From assembly GCA_031292515.1 (NCBI GenBank), contig JARLGZ010000278.1, forward strand, positions 17,891-81,890: DNA of 64,000 nucleotides. The letters run 5' to 3'. Shown here piece by piece: positions 54,835 to 64,000 of this stretch (the stretch's first letter is position 1; every line of letters starts with the position of its first letter). This DNA comes from Puia sp. (GTDB lineage: Bacteria; Bacteroidota; Bacteroidia; Chitinophagales; Chitinophagaceae). The notes beneath the pieces were generated by a model. It was not told where the DNA came from, did no database searches, and saw only the letters and a program-made list of their open reading frames with translations. A program made the translations under genes and the position numbers.

Positions 54835-57315
54835 TTAGTAGATCAACTGGAATTCCGGATGAAGGGCCATGGACCACACAAAATCCTGTACATTTTCCAC
54901 GGTGGGCGTCTTTCCCAGCGCTTTTTCTGCGATAGCCGTCTCATCGGACGAAGGCAGACGACCCAGCGTGCTCCGATAGATCTCCCGGACCATCTTGTCG
55001 GGGTCCGTATATCTCGCTTTCCAGCTAAGCGCCGCCCTTCTCATCGCATCGTTGAACAACGAGCCATTCGTCAGTTCCAGTGCCTGTAAAAGATTGGCCT
55101 GCGAAGTGCGGCTGGTCGAGACCGTCTCGCGGTTGGGCCGCCCCAAAGCCGTGAGAAAGGCATCGTTTTTAACGAGGGATGCCCTCGGAAAGGGGATGTC
55201 TGCCTTTATGGAACCCGGCAACAGGTTATACACAATCATGCTATCGGCGTAAATGTTTTGCAGGCTCTCGCTGACCGCGTCAGAAAATTCTTCCGCGGAC
55301 ATCCTGCGGCGTACCATACCCCGGAAAGTATAATTCGGCGCCACGATCGCGGCGGCATCTTCGACGGCGACGGATGGTAACTGGTAGGTCCTCGAGGTCA
55401 GGATGTTGTAGAGCAATTTTTTGATGTCATAGCCGGAAGCCACAAAATCGAAGGCCATCCAGTCGAGCAGGTCCTGGCTCCAGGGGGCATTGTCCATCAC
55501 ATCGACCGGCTCGACGATACCCCGGCCCATGAGCTGTGCCCAGATCCGGTTGACGAGGGTCCGGTATAATCGTCCGTCCTTAGGCTGGACCAGATAATCG
55601 GCCAGCTGCTGCAGCCGGTCGGCCCGTTTAGCAGTCGAATCAATCGTTCCCAGCTCTTTATACAGGATACGGGTGCCGGCAATTCTCCCGGTCGGCTTGT
55701 CGCAGCGATTGATCTCAAGCGCCGAATCGGAGAATATACTGGCAAAGGCATAGGACTCATCGAGCTTCCAGTCGCTTACAAAACTATCGTGACAGGAGGC
55801 GCATTTCAGGTTCAGCCCCAAAAAAACCTGCGAGACATTTTGTGCGGCCTGCATCTCTGTCCGTTGGCTGGCGTTGACCACACCCCGCCACTCGATTCCC
55901 CGGATAAAGCCCATCGAAGAGCTGTCGGGGCTGATCAGCTGTTTTACAAAAAGGTTATAGGGCTTGTTGTCACGGAGTGAAGCATACAGCCATCTGGTGA
56001 TGTCGGAACGGCCGCCGGTGATATAACCGGTACCGGTATAATCGTTACGGAGGGCATCGTTCCAGAACGTCAGCCATTGCTGTGCATAGTCATCGCTGCG
56101 GCTCAGCAACCCGCGAACCAGCCTTTCCCGTTTGTCCGGCTGCGAACCTGCAATAAACGCATCCACGCTGTCCGCAGGCGGGATCAGTCCGATCACGTCA
56201 ATATATACGCGACGAATATAGGTGCGGTCATCGACCGGCTTCTGCCAGGCGATCTTGTTCTTTTCAAAGTATGAGTTTACAAAGCGGTCTATGGGAGCGG
56301 TGAGTTCCCCGCTGACGGGGGGAACCTCGGGCAACCGCGGTTCGAGCGCCGCCACACGGAACAGGCTCTTTAACGGACCTTTTGGCCAGGGAGCTCCCTG
56401 TTTGATCCAGAACTGCAGGACCGCCGTCTCTTTCTCGGAAAGCCCCTTGCCTTTTGACGGCATCGCTTCCTTGTTGTCGCGCGGAAGCAGGATACGCCGG
56501 ATCAGCTCACTCTTCTCGGGATGTCCCGGGATCATGACCGACCCATCCTTGCCGCCCTTCAGGATGAAATCTTTCGAATCGAGCCGCAGATCGCCCTTGG
56601 TTTTCGCCGATCCGTGACAGCTATAACAATTGTGTGCGAGGATCGTCCGGACCTGGAGGTTGAGGTCCTGCACCTGTATATCCGTCAGGGGGCCATTCTG
56701 ACCAGCCAGTTTGAAGCTTGCGTCCAACCCCTCCGATTCTTCTCCCTGTCCGCTGCCTGCCATCTCCTCTTTATTGCCAAAAGGCAATACGCTGCTGAGA
56801 TAATCTTCTCCATGCGTCAGCGACGCCCCATAGTGGCCAGCCACCGTCACACCCAATACGGTCAGGGTCAGCAACGACTTCTGAAGACGGCGCGATCTTT
56901 TCAGATAGGCCCAGGTCGTGATGCCGGCAAGGATCATGGTCGCGATCCCCGTCCATTGATGAAGCGGGAGGACATTGCTGCCGTAGTCATCCGTATTGAT
57001 AAGCAGCAACCCCATCAGGACGGCCAGCACGGATGAAACAGCCCCGGTAACAACGAGCACTTTCACCGATGCCTGCAAGCCGGGGGATCGCCTTCGCCAC
57101 ATGATGAGTTCAAACAACAATGCCGCATATAGGAGGCCGATAGGGAAGTGTACGATCATGGGATGCAGTCTGCCCAAAAAAGCCCAAAGCCAGAAACCGG
57201 TCCCGGCCGTTTTCGCCGGGCCGTTGGCAGATACCAGACAGGGGAGGATCGTTGCCAGGAAAAAGAGGAAGGCTGCAGCGTTGCAGCGGATTTTCAGATG
57301 GGTTGCGACACGCAT
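54835..57315 (-). CDS. PSCyt1 (Planctomycete cytochrome c)-DUF1549-DUF1553 protein with N-terminal DUF2231-like 4-TM domain
   Basis: HPMIVHFPIGLLYAALLFE (DUF2231-like), CYSCHGSAKTKGDLRLD (PSCyt1 CxxCH) and LKCASCHDSF (DUF1549-type). Start chosen at MRVATHLK (57315) rather than the ORF-track 57618. Confidence 0.8.
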   Translation of the reverse strand: MRVATHLKIRCNAAAFLFFLATILPCLVSANGPAKTAGTGFWLWAFLGRLHPMIVHFPIGLLYAALLFELIMWRRRSPGLQASVKVLVVTGAVSSVLAVLMGLLLINTDDYGSNVLPLHQWTGIATMILAGITTWAYLKRSRRLQKSLLTLTVLGVTVAGHYGASLTHGEDYLSSVLPFGNKEEMAGSGQGEESEGLDASFKLAGQNGPLTDIQVQDLNLQVRTILAHNCYSCHGSAKTKGDLRLDSKDFILKGGKDGSVMIPGHPEKSELIRRILLPRDNKEAMPSKGKGLSEKETAVLQFWIKQGAPWPKGPLKSLFRVAALEPRLPEVPPVSGELTAPIDRFVNSYFEKNKIAWQKPVDDRTYIRRVYIDVIGLIPPADSVDAFIAGSQPDKRERLVRGLLSRSDDYAQQWLTFWNDALRNDYTGTGYITGGRSDITRWLYASLRDNKPYNLFVKQLISPDSSSMGFIRGIEWRGVVNASQRTEMQAAQNVSQVFLGLNLKCASCHDSFVSDWKLDESYAFASIFSDSALEINRCDKPTGRIAGTRILYKELGTIDSTAKRADRLQQLADYLVQPKDGRLYRTLVNRIWAQLMGRGIVEPVDVMDNAPWSQDLLDWMAFDFVASGYDIKKLLYNILTSRTYQLPSVAVEDAAAIVAPNYTFRGMVRRRMSAEEFSDAVSESLQNIYADSMIVYNLLPGSIKADIPFPRASLVKNDAFLTALGRPNRETVSTSRTSQANLLQALELTNGSLFNDAMRRAALSWKARYTDPDKMVREIYRSTLGRLPSSDETAIAEKALGKTPTVENVQDFVWSMALHPEFQLIY

Positions 57316-57695
57316 TTTTGTGGATTGCTTACTTCTCAAAGTCTGAATGATTAATAGCTTTGTACGAGCCAATATTAAGGAAAAACCACAGAAATCGGAC
57401 AGCCCGGAATCTTTTTTTAATCTTTTCTGCACGCACCGTTCAGGTACATGATAGTACAGGATAGTTAGCTTGGCGAATATGCTTAAACTTGCGGCGGGTA
57501 GTGTGTAAAGAGGATGGCATTCCGACAGAAAAAATCTATGAACGGGAAGGAGACAGGATGAAAGGATGTAGATCTGTTTAGCGCGCAAATTCAGAAAAGC
57601 GGGCGCCGGGACACGCAAGAACCGGGTCTGTATATTAACGATTGCATAGTATCTTTAACCCGGTAAGACAAGAATCTTATATTTAATATTCCGCC

Positions 57696-60383
57696 ATGTA
57701 TCGAAATTTGCGCTCTGTAAAATTGTTTTTTTCGCTGTCAGCTCTTATTTTATTAGCCGGATCCTGCAAAAACGCGAAAGGACCGGATTTGACCGCGTCC
57801 ACGGATCCCAAGATCTCCCACCTGAGGCTGCCCGCAGGGTTCCACGCCGATCATTTGTACAGCCCCGGCGTGAACGACCAGGGATCCTGGGTCGCGATGA
57901 CCTTCGACAACAAAGGACGTATGATTGCCTGTGACCAGTATGGCAACCTGTATCGCCTGACGATCCCGGCTATCGGATCCGATACCACCCAAACCAAAAT
58001 AAAGGTCGATTCACTCGTTCTCCAGATACCCGGCGATACCTCCCGGTTCGCCCGCCGTATCGGGTATGCGCATGGCCTCCTGTACGCTTTCAACAGCCTG
58101 TATGTAATGGTCAACGATGAAGGCGAGGATTCGACGCGCACCCGTCATAGCGGTCTCTATCGCTTGCAGGATACCGACGGCGACGACCAATATGACAAGA
58201 TCACCCTGATAAAAAGGCTTGAAGGGGACGGAGAGCATGGCCCGCACAGTATCGTGCTGGCCCCCGATGGCAATTCGCTGTATATCATTGCAGGGAACTT
58301 CACCAGGATCCCGAAGATGGATAATTATACCGCGCCTCCCGTCTGGCAGATCGACAATCTCCTGCCGCTCATCCGGGACCCTAACGGTCATGATAATACG
58401 GTGAACACGCATGGCGGATGGATCGCCCGCATCGATTCCACCGGTGGTAATTTCGACCTGATCAGTGCCGGTTTCCGTAATCCTTTCGATCTCACTTTCA
58501 ACGACGCGGGAGAAATGTTCACCTTCGATTCGGACATGGAATGGGATTTCGGCCTTCCCTGGTATCGCCCCATCCGCATCTGTCATGTTCCCAGCGGCGG
58601 CGAATTCGGCTGGCGCCCGGGTACCGACAAATGGTCGCCCATATACCCCGACAATTTACCTCCTCTCCTGAATATCGGTCAGGGCTCGCCAACCAGCGTC
58701 TTCAGCGGATGGAATGCACGGTTCCCCGAAAAATACCGCCGCTCCCTGTATGCTTTCGACTGGAGTTTCGGAATCATCTATGCGTTCCAGCCGAAACCGG
58801 AGGGGGCTACCTATAGCGCTACGGCGGAAGAATTTATTTCCGGTTCGCCGCTGCCGCTGACCGATGGTATGATCGGGCCCGACGGAGCGCTCTATTTCCT
58901 GACAGGCGGCCGCAGGCTGGAGTCCGATCTTTACCGCGTATACTTTGGCGACAATACGGAAAACACCGAAAAGCTGGTTCCGACCGAACTTACGGACCTT
59001 CAAAAGCTTCGCCGGAAACTGGAGACCTATCACGAAGCTCCCAAGTCCGACGCCCTCGATTTCGCATGGCCCTATCTGAAACACGAAGACAGGTTTATCC
59101 GCTACGCGGCCCGCATCGCGGTCGAACATCAGCCCGTCAGCCAGTGGCAGGGCCGCGTGTTGACCGAAAAAGACCCGGTAACCCTCACCCAGGCGGCCAT
59201 TGCGCTTGCCAGACAGGGCAGCGCTGACCAGAAAGACAAATTGCTGACGGCCCTCGCCGGCATCAACTATACACAGCTTTCCGAATCACAGCAGATCGAC
59301 CTGCTGCGTGCCTTTGAGCTGGTATTGGCCAGAATGGGATTGCCTTCCGCCGCGGTCAGGGCACAGATCATCGACGATCTCGATCCTCAGTATCCCGCAA
59401 AGACCAATAACCTGAACAGATCCCTTAGCAAGGTGCTCGTTTACCTGGAAGATCCGAAGGCCGTCGAAAAGACCATGGCTTTGCTGGCGACCGCAAAAGA
59501 CGACACGGCCTATCAGAAGCAGGTCACCCAATCCTCCGATCTGATCCTTCGTAACCTGCAATACGGTATGGATATCGCCGGCATGCTCGCAGACGTCCCG
59601 CCGGCGCAGCAGACCTATTATGCGAATGTGCTGAGTGAAGCCAAAACCGGCTGGACCCCCGAACTGCGGGAGACTTATTTCCGCTGGTTCTACAAGGCTT
59701 TTGGCTATAAAGGCGGACACAGCTTCGTCGGCTTTATCGACCTGGCCCGCAAAAATGCGCTGAAAAATGTCCCCAAAGATAAATATGCCTATTTCAATAC
59801 CATTTCCGGGGACTCCATCGTCGGTCGTTCCGCGATGGGGCTTGCCGGCACCGTCCAGCAGCCCAAAGGACCCGGCAAGGATTGGCAGGTCGATACCGCG
59901 CTGGCTCTTGTAAAAGATGGTTTGTCAGGCCGCGATTTCGACAGAGGGAAAGCCATGTTCACAGCCTCCCTCTGCAGCACCTGTCATACGATGCGCGGCG
60001 AAGGCGGCACGGTCGGACCCGATCTGACCCAGTTGGGAAGCCGGTTCTCTTATAAAGACATGCTGGAATCCATTATTGAGCCCAGCAAGACTATTTCCGA
60101 CCAGTTCGCAGCGACCGTCTTCTACCTGCATGACGGCGGTTCTGTAATGGGAAGGGTAATGAACCAGGATGCCGATAATTACTATGTTTCACAGAACCCG
60201 TTTGCGCCCCAGACATTACGGACCGTTTCAAAAAAAGACGTGGTGCGGACCCGGCTCTCGGAAACTTCGATCATGCTGCCCGGTTTGATAAACCGGCTGA
60301 ATGGAGAAGAATTAAAAGATTTATTGGCGTATCTTAAAGCCGGCGGCAATAAACAGGATACGATCTTTGCTAAAAAGCCATAG
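57696..60383 (+). CDS. Lipoprotein: membrane-bound-dehydrogenase-like beta-propeller plus HEAT-like repeats plus C-terminal heme-binding (CxxCH) domain
   Basis: Lipobox LAGSC, propeller-like N-terminal half, and C-terminal CSTCHTMRGEGGTVGPDLTQLG...LKDLLAYL, typical of the 'putative heme-binding domain' family common in Planctomycetota and Bacteroidota. Confidence 0.75.
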   Translation: MYRNLRSVKLFFSLSALILLAGSCKNAKGPDLTASTDPKISHLRLPAGFHADHLYSPGVNDQGSWVAMTFDNKGRMIACDQYGNLYRLTIPAIGSDTTQTKIKVDSLVLQIPGDTSRFARRIGYAHGLLYAFNSLYVMVNDEGEDSTRTRHSGLYRLQDTDGDDQYDKITLIKRLEGDGEHGPHSIVLAPDGNSLYIIAGNFTRIPKMDNYTAPPVWQIDNLLPLIRDPNGHDNTVNTHGGWIARIDSTGGNFDLISAGFRNPFDLTFNDAGEMFTFDSDMEWDFGLPWYRPIRICHVPSGGEFGWRPGTDKWSPIYPDNLPPLLNIGQGSPTSVFSGWNARFPEKYRRSLYAFDWSFGIIYAFQPKPEGATYSATAEEFISGSPLPLTDGMIGPDGALYFLTGGRRLESDLYRVYFGDNTENTEKLVPTELTDLQKLRRKLETYHEAPKSDALDFAWPYLKHEDRFIRYAARIAVEHQPVSQWQGRVLTEKDPVTLTQAAIALARQGSADQKDKLLTALAGINYTQLSESQQIDLLRAFELVLARMGLPSAAVRAQIIDDLDPQYPAKTNNLNRSLSKVLVYLEDPKAVEKTMALLATAKDDTAYQKQVTQSSDLILRNLQYGMDIAGMLADVPPAQQTYYANVLSEAKTGWTPELRETYFRWFYKAFGYKGGHSFVGFIDLARKNALKNVPKDKYAYFNTISGDSIVGRSAMGLAGTVQQPKGPGKDWQVDTALALVKDGLSGRDFDRGKAMFTASLCSTCHTMRGEGGTVGPDLTQLGSRFSYKDMLESIIEPSKTISDQFAATVFYLHDGGSVMGRVMNQDADNYYVSQNPFAPQTLRTVSKKDVVRTRLSETSIMLPGLINRLNGEELKDLLAYLKAGGNKQDTIFAKKP

Positions 60384-60390
60384 GAAAACG

Positions 60391-61467
60391 ATGCCCGATT
60401 CCAAGAGGCCGGCCTGGGCCGGTAAGATATCCAATCCCGCGCAAATAGGAGGGATTGAAACATCCGTGCTGGACAACGGAGGGGGACGGGGTACCCGCAT
60501 CGCCTGGGTGAATACCGGCGCCGGCCTCCGCTATAAGATCATCATAGACCGCGGCATGGATATCTCCGACGCCTTCTATAACCAATATGGGCTGGCCTGG
60601 CTGAATCATGCCGGTATAACTGCCCCGCAACCGCTCTCCCATAGAGGAACCGACTGGCTGAGAACTTTTGGAGGCGGTCTGCTGACGACCTGTGGTCTCT
60701 CGCATGTGGGCGGCCCGGAGAAAGACTCTCACGGCGAACGTGGGCTTCATGGAGATGTCAGCAATATCGCGGCGGAGATAGAATCCATCATCCAGCCGGA
60801 CCCCGTAAGGGGGAAAATGGATATGAGCATAACGGGTGTTATGAAACAAACGCCCATTTTCGGCCCCTCCCTGGAGTTAAGACGAACCCTCTCCGGGACG
60901 ATCGGACGTTCTTCGATCCGGATCCATGACGAAGTGACTAACCGGGGCAATAGCCCGGCCCCCCATATGATCCTGTACCATTGCAATTTCGGCTGGCCGC
61001 TGGTCGATGAGGGAAGCGAACTCTGCTGGAAGGGGCATTGGAAGCCCCGCTATGCCGATGGCACTGAAAAAATCTTCCGGGAAGGCCATCCATTCCGGAA
61101 GGCGCCCGCCCCCCTGGAAGCACATGCGGGAACCGGCGAAGAAGCCGCCGTGATCGATACGTTTGCCGATTCCTTTGGACATAGTTCCTGCGGTATCTGG
61201 AATGAAGCGATCGGCCTGGCCGTCGTATTGCGTTATCCCAAGAAACAGTTACCCTGGTTAACGAACTGGCAGCACTGGGGGAGGAACGAATATGTGACAG
61301 GACTTGAGCCGGGCACCAACGCTCCCATCGGGCAGGCGAAGGCCCGGGAATTGAAAGAGCTGATACTGCTTGAACCGGGAGAAAGCAGGACCTATGACCT
61401 TGAGATCGAAGTGCTGACGGCACCCGCAGAAATAGCCGCTTTTAAAAAGCTGATGAATACAAACTAG
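60391..61467 (+). CDS. Aldose-1-epimerase-like protein (DUF4432 type)
   Basis: GGGRGTRIAWVNTGAGLRYKIIIDRGMDISDAFYNQYGLAW and HGDVSN resemble the DUF4432/galactose mutarotase-like family. ATG at 60391 is preferred over the TTG at 60367. Confidence 0.55.
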   Translation: MPDSKRPAWAGKISNPAQIGGIETSVLDNGGGRGTRIAWVNTGAGLRYKIIIDRGMDISDAFYNQYGLAWLNHAGITAPQPLSHRGTDWLRTFGGGLLTTCGLSHVGGPEKDSHGERGLHGDVSNIAAEIESIIQPDPVRGKMDMSITGVMKQTPIFGPSLELRRTLSGTIGRSSIRIHDEVTNRGNSPAPHMILYHCNFGWPLVDEGSELCWKGHWKPRYADGTEKIFREGHPFRKAPAPLEAHAGTGEEAAVIDTFADSFGHSSCGIWNEAIGLAVVLRYPKKQLPWLTNWQHWGRNEYVTGLEPGTNAPIGQAKARELKELILLEPGESRTYDLEIEVLTAPAEIAAFKKLMNTN

Positions 61468-61530
61468 CTTGACGAATACAGACTAGTTTGACGATTGCAA
61501 ATTAAAAAATCAACCTTTTAATTACCATCA

Positions 61531-62742
61531 ATGGAAAAACTGAGTTTAGCAGAAAAAGCATTTGACCAGGGAAAAGGGATTTTACGTCTGGCCCCCGCCT
61601 GGGTACCCCGTTCTTTTTGCGTTCCGGGCCGCAGGATCAAATTACACCCCGATGATTACTATGTACTGGGCGGCTTGCGCGGTGGCATCGATGAACGTTG
61701 GCTCTCTTCCACTACCCCTGCAAAGAACGGACCGCTGACCGGCAAAAATGAAGGGTTGAGCGCGGTAGTATTCCGCGATGGCCCGAAGGAGCACCAGGTC
61801 CTTCTGAAGGATGCCATAGACAGCCTCAAAGGCGCCCTGGTGGGAAAAAGGATATGGGATCAGTATGGGGCCTGGCCGATGTACTCAAAATTCTTCGACA
61901 ATATGGGCCCGCTCCCTCATCATGTCCATCACAATGATGAGAAGGCAGCCCTTATCGGCCAGCTGGGAAAACCCGAGGCCTATTATTTCCCGCCGCAATT
62001 GAACAATCACGGCGGCGATTTCCCCTATACGTTTATGGGCATAGCGCCCGGCACCACGCGGGCGCAGATCCGGGAATGTCTCGAAAACTTTACAAAAGGC
62101 GACAATAAGATTACCAATTACTCACAGGCCTATCGTCTTCAGCCGGGTACCGGGTGGGACGTACCTCCCGGTCTGCTGCATGCGCCGGGGAGTCTTTGCA
62201 CCTACGAGCCGCAAAAAGCGTCTGACGTATTTGCCATGTATCAATCCCTGGTCAACGAGGCCATTATCCCCGAAGAGCTGCTTTGGAACGGAACCCCCAG
62301 GGAGAGCATCGGCGACTATGAGGCGTTGCTGGATGTCATCGACTGGGATCTGAACCTCGATCCCCACCTGCATGAACATCGTTATATGCACCCCAAACCC
62401 GTGAAGTCGTCCGAGGCGATGAAGGCGGAAGGGTATCATGAGAACTGGGTCTGTTATAAATCGGATGCCTTTAGCGCCAAGGAACTCACCGTTCTTCCGG
62501 GGGCTACGGTGACTATAAAAGATAGCGGCGCCTATGGGATCATCATGATGCAGGGTCGCGGCAAGATGGGTGTCTGGGAGATCGAGACCCCGGCGTTGAT
62601 CCGGTATGGCCAGCTGACTAATGACGAGTTCTTTATCAGCGAACAGGCGGCTCTCGAAGGCGTCACGATTGTCAATGCCTCCGCCACTGATCCGATCGTG
62701 ATGCTGAAACATTTCGGGCCCGGCAACCCGGACCTTAAATAG
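61531..62742 (+). CDS. Cupin-fold sugar isomerase-like protein (class I mannose-6-phosphate isomerase-like)
   Basis: MYSKFFDNMGPLPHHVHHNDEKA and VPPGLLHAPGSLCTYEPQKASD parallel the QVHPxD and PAGTxHAxG...E.Q..SD blocks of type I PMI. The similarity is judged by eye only. Confidence 0.45.
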   Translation: MEKLSLAEKAFDQGKGILRLAPAWVPRSFCVPGRRIKLHPDDYYVLGGLRGGIDERWLSSTTPAKNGPLTGKNEGLSAVVFRDGPKEHQVLLKDAIDSLKGALVGKRIWDQYGAWPMYSKFFDNMGPLPHHVHHNDEKAALIGQLGKPEAYYFPPQLNNHGGDFPYTFMGIAPGTTRAQIRECLENFTKGDNKITNYSQAYRLQPGTGWDVPPGLLHAPGSLCTYEPQKASDVFAMYQSLVNEAIIPEELLWNGTPRESIGDYEALLDVIDWDLNLDPHLHEHRYMHPKPVKSSEAMKAEGYHENWVCYKSDAFSAKELTVLPGATVTIKDSGAYGIIMMQGRGKMGVWEIETPALIRYGQLTNDEFFISEQAALEGVTIVNASATDPIVMLKHFGPGNPDLK

Positions 62743-62827
62743 ACGGATGCAAATGCGAATCCGAATCCGAATGGTCGACAGACACTGTAACGCCGTTTCT
62801 ATTAATTTGGAATTTTAATCTAACGAT

Positions 62828-63874
62828 ATGCAAACGAATAATTATCCTAAGTTACACAACGCTACCTGGCCCGGCATCGTCGGCAAAGGGGAGGCGTCCG
62901 AACCGGTCATATCCCTGGATACGCTGCTCGAACTGACGGCTGCCGCTTCGGTCGATGGCGTAAAATTCGACGGGATCGATATCGGGCTGTTCGATCCGCA
63001 TTTTCAAATCGACAGCTCGCAGGAAGGCGTAAAAAAACTGGCAGACAGACTGTCCGCTCTCAACCTGGTCATCGGCAGCCTGGTCGCGCCGATCTGGCCC
63101 CCGGCCGGCGGCTCTGCCATGGGCAGCCGCGAAGAACGTACACGGTTTGTCGGGCAGGTTCGCAAGGCCTGTGAGTTCGGAAAGAAACTAAGAGCCGCCG
63201 GCATCCGTCCTTACGGCATCATACGGATCGACTCGGCTGTCAACCCGGAAACCTGGTCGGTCGACCCGGCGAAAAACACCCGGTTGATTGCGGAGACTTT
63301 CCGCGAAGCCTGCGATGTCGCCGCCGGATACGGCGAGAGACTCGCTGCAGAAGGGGAGATCTGCTGGGGCGGCATGCATAGCTGGAAAGCAATGATCGAT
63401 ACTCTGGAAGCGGTCGATCGCCCCAATATCGGTTTCCAGGCGGATATGGCCCATACGCTTTTGTACCTCCTGGGCTATAACAGTCCCCAGGACCGGATCC
63501 TGCCAGCCGGCTTTGACTGGAAAGACCGGGACGTGCTGAAACAAGGGCTGAAGACCCTGACACATGCCCTGCGTCCCTGGACCATCGATTTCCATGTGGC
63601 GCAGAATGACGGTACGGTGCATGGAACCGGTTCTCACGACAAGACCGGTCGCCACTGCCTGGCCACCGATCCCAACGGAAGACTGAACATTACAGAAGAT
63701 GCGGGATACTGGCTTCGTGACGATAACGGGCAGCTTACAAAAGCCTTCGAGCATATCTGCTGGGACGGCTGTATGTTCCCTAACGAAGTCATGTCGCGTC
63801 AAAAAACCTGGAACGATATCCTGGCAGCAATGGTCAAGGTCCGCGAAGCGCATGGCTGGTACCAACCAGAATAA
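62828..63874 (+). CDS. Xylose isomerase-like TIM-barrel protein
   Basis: ~348 aa with the IRIDSA...EGEICWGG...FQADMAHT...DFHVAQNDG pattern of metal-dependent TIM-barrel sugar isomerases/epimerases. Confidence 0.7.
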   Translation: MQTNNYPKLHNATWPGIVGKGEASEPVISLDTLLELTAAASVDGVKFDGIDIGLFDPHFQIDSSQEGVKKLADRLSALNLVIGSLVAPIWPPAGGSAMGSREERTRFVGQVRKACEFGKKLRAAGIRPYGIIRIDSAVNPETWSVDPAKNTRLIAETFREACDVAAGYGERLAAEGEICWGGMHSWKAMIDTLEAVDRPNIGFQADMAHTLLYLLGYNSPQDRILPAGFDWKDRDVLKQGLKTLTHALRPWTIDFHVAQNDGTVHGTGSHDKTGRHCLATDPNGRLNITEDAGYWLRDDNGQLTKAFEHICWDGCMFPNEVMSRQKTWNDILAAMVKVREAHGWYQPE

Positions 63875-63893
63875 AAGCAAAAAATTGAAAACA

Positions 63894-64000
63894 ATGAAAA
63901 AAAAGAAAGAACTGCGGATAGGTCTCATCGGATGCGGGTTTATGGGCAGGACCCATACAAACGGATACAAACGTGTAGGTGATTTCTTTCCCGCGCTCGA
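63894..64000 (+). CDS. Gfo/Idh/MocA family oxidoreductase, N-terminal fragment (3' end cut by window edge)
   Basis: Translates to [35 protein letters not shown], the typical Rossmann start of this family. It begins 20 nt after the previous stop. Confidence 0.7.
   Translation, partial: MKKKKELRIGLIGCGFMGRTHTNGYKRVGDFFPAL

Noticed and set aside
57316-57618. 101-codon 5' extension of the PSCyt/DUF1549/DUF1553 ORF.
   Set aside because: The extension has no signal or TM character. The Met at 57315 is followed immediately by a hydrophobic leader and the DUF2231-like helices.
1-64000. Search by eye for tRNA/rRNA genes, transposases, integrases, phage genes, toxin-antitoxin pairs or known defence systems.
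   Set aside because: None was recognised. No T-loop GGTTCGAATCC-type motif, DDE/tyrosine-recombinase motif, nuclease/ATPase defence pairing or inverted terminal repeat was seen. tRNAscan, Infernal and defence-system HMM scans would be needed to exclude them formally.

Overview
This 64-kb window reads as a chromosomal segment of a Bacteroidota genome, probably Chitinophagia- or Sphingobacteriia-like. The evidence is a SusD-family fragment, GH92 and GH18 genes, a CarboxypepD_reg-type TonB-dependent receptor and two cargo proteins with the T9SS type-B (gliding-motility) C-terminal domain. It also carries many lipoproteins, several Tat-signal periplasmic oxidoreductases and TIM-barrel enzymes, DUF1080 proteins and a PSCyt-DUF1549-DUF1553/DUF1501 pair. 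About 46 protein-coding genes can be supported. I found no rRNA, tRNA, CRISPR array, transposase, integrase or obvious defence genes. All family calls come from reading motifs by eye; no HMM or BLAST search was run.

The most interesting stretch is 34.0-44.7 kb. A CHASE3/PAS hybrid histidine kinase with REC and Hpt domains is followed by a stand-alone CheY-like receiver, a membrane-anchored HEAT-repeat protein, a processive-type family-2 glycosyltransferase (DxD, GED and QRNRW motifs) and an LtaS/BcsG-like membrane transferase. The receiver, HEAT and glycosyltransferase genes have overlapping stop/start codons. Facing this operon is a two-gene operon for a TPR plus YaiO-like outer-membrane beta-barrel and an unrecognisable 418-aa membrane protein. 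Together these look like a complete, uncharacterised synthase-dependent exopolysaccharide secretion system switched by His-Asp phosphorelay rather than by c-di-GMP.

Secondary points of interest:
- A TonB-receptor operon with a Cys-rich small protein and a YHS-domain lipoprotein.
- A copper amine oxidase followed by a Cys/His-rich small secreted protein.
- A pseudo-receiver fused to a phosphoglycosyl transferase.
- An orphan intrinsic terminator behind a structured 260-nt intergenic region.
- A canonical G-quadruplex motif.
- Several perfect or near-perfect short tandem repeats in intergenic regions.
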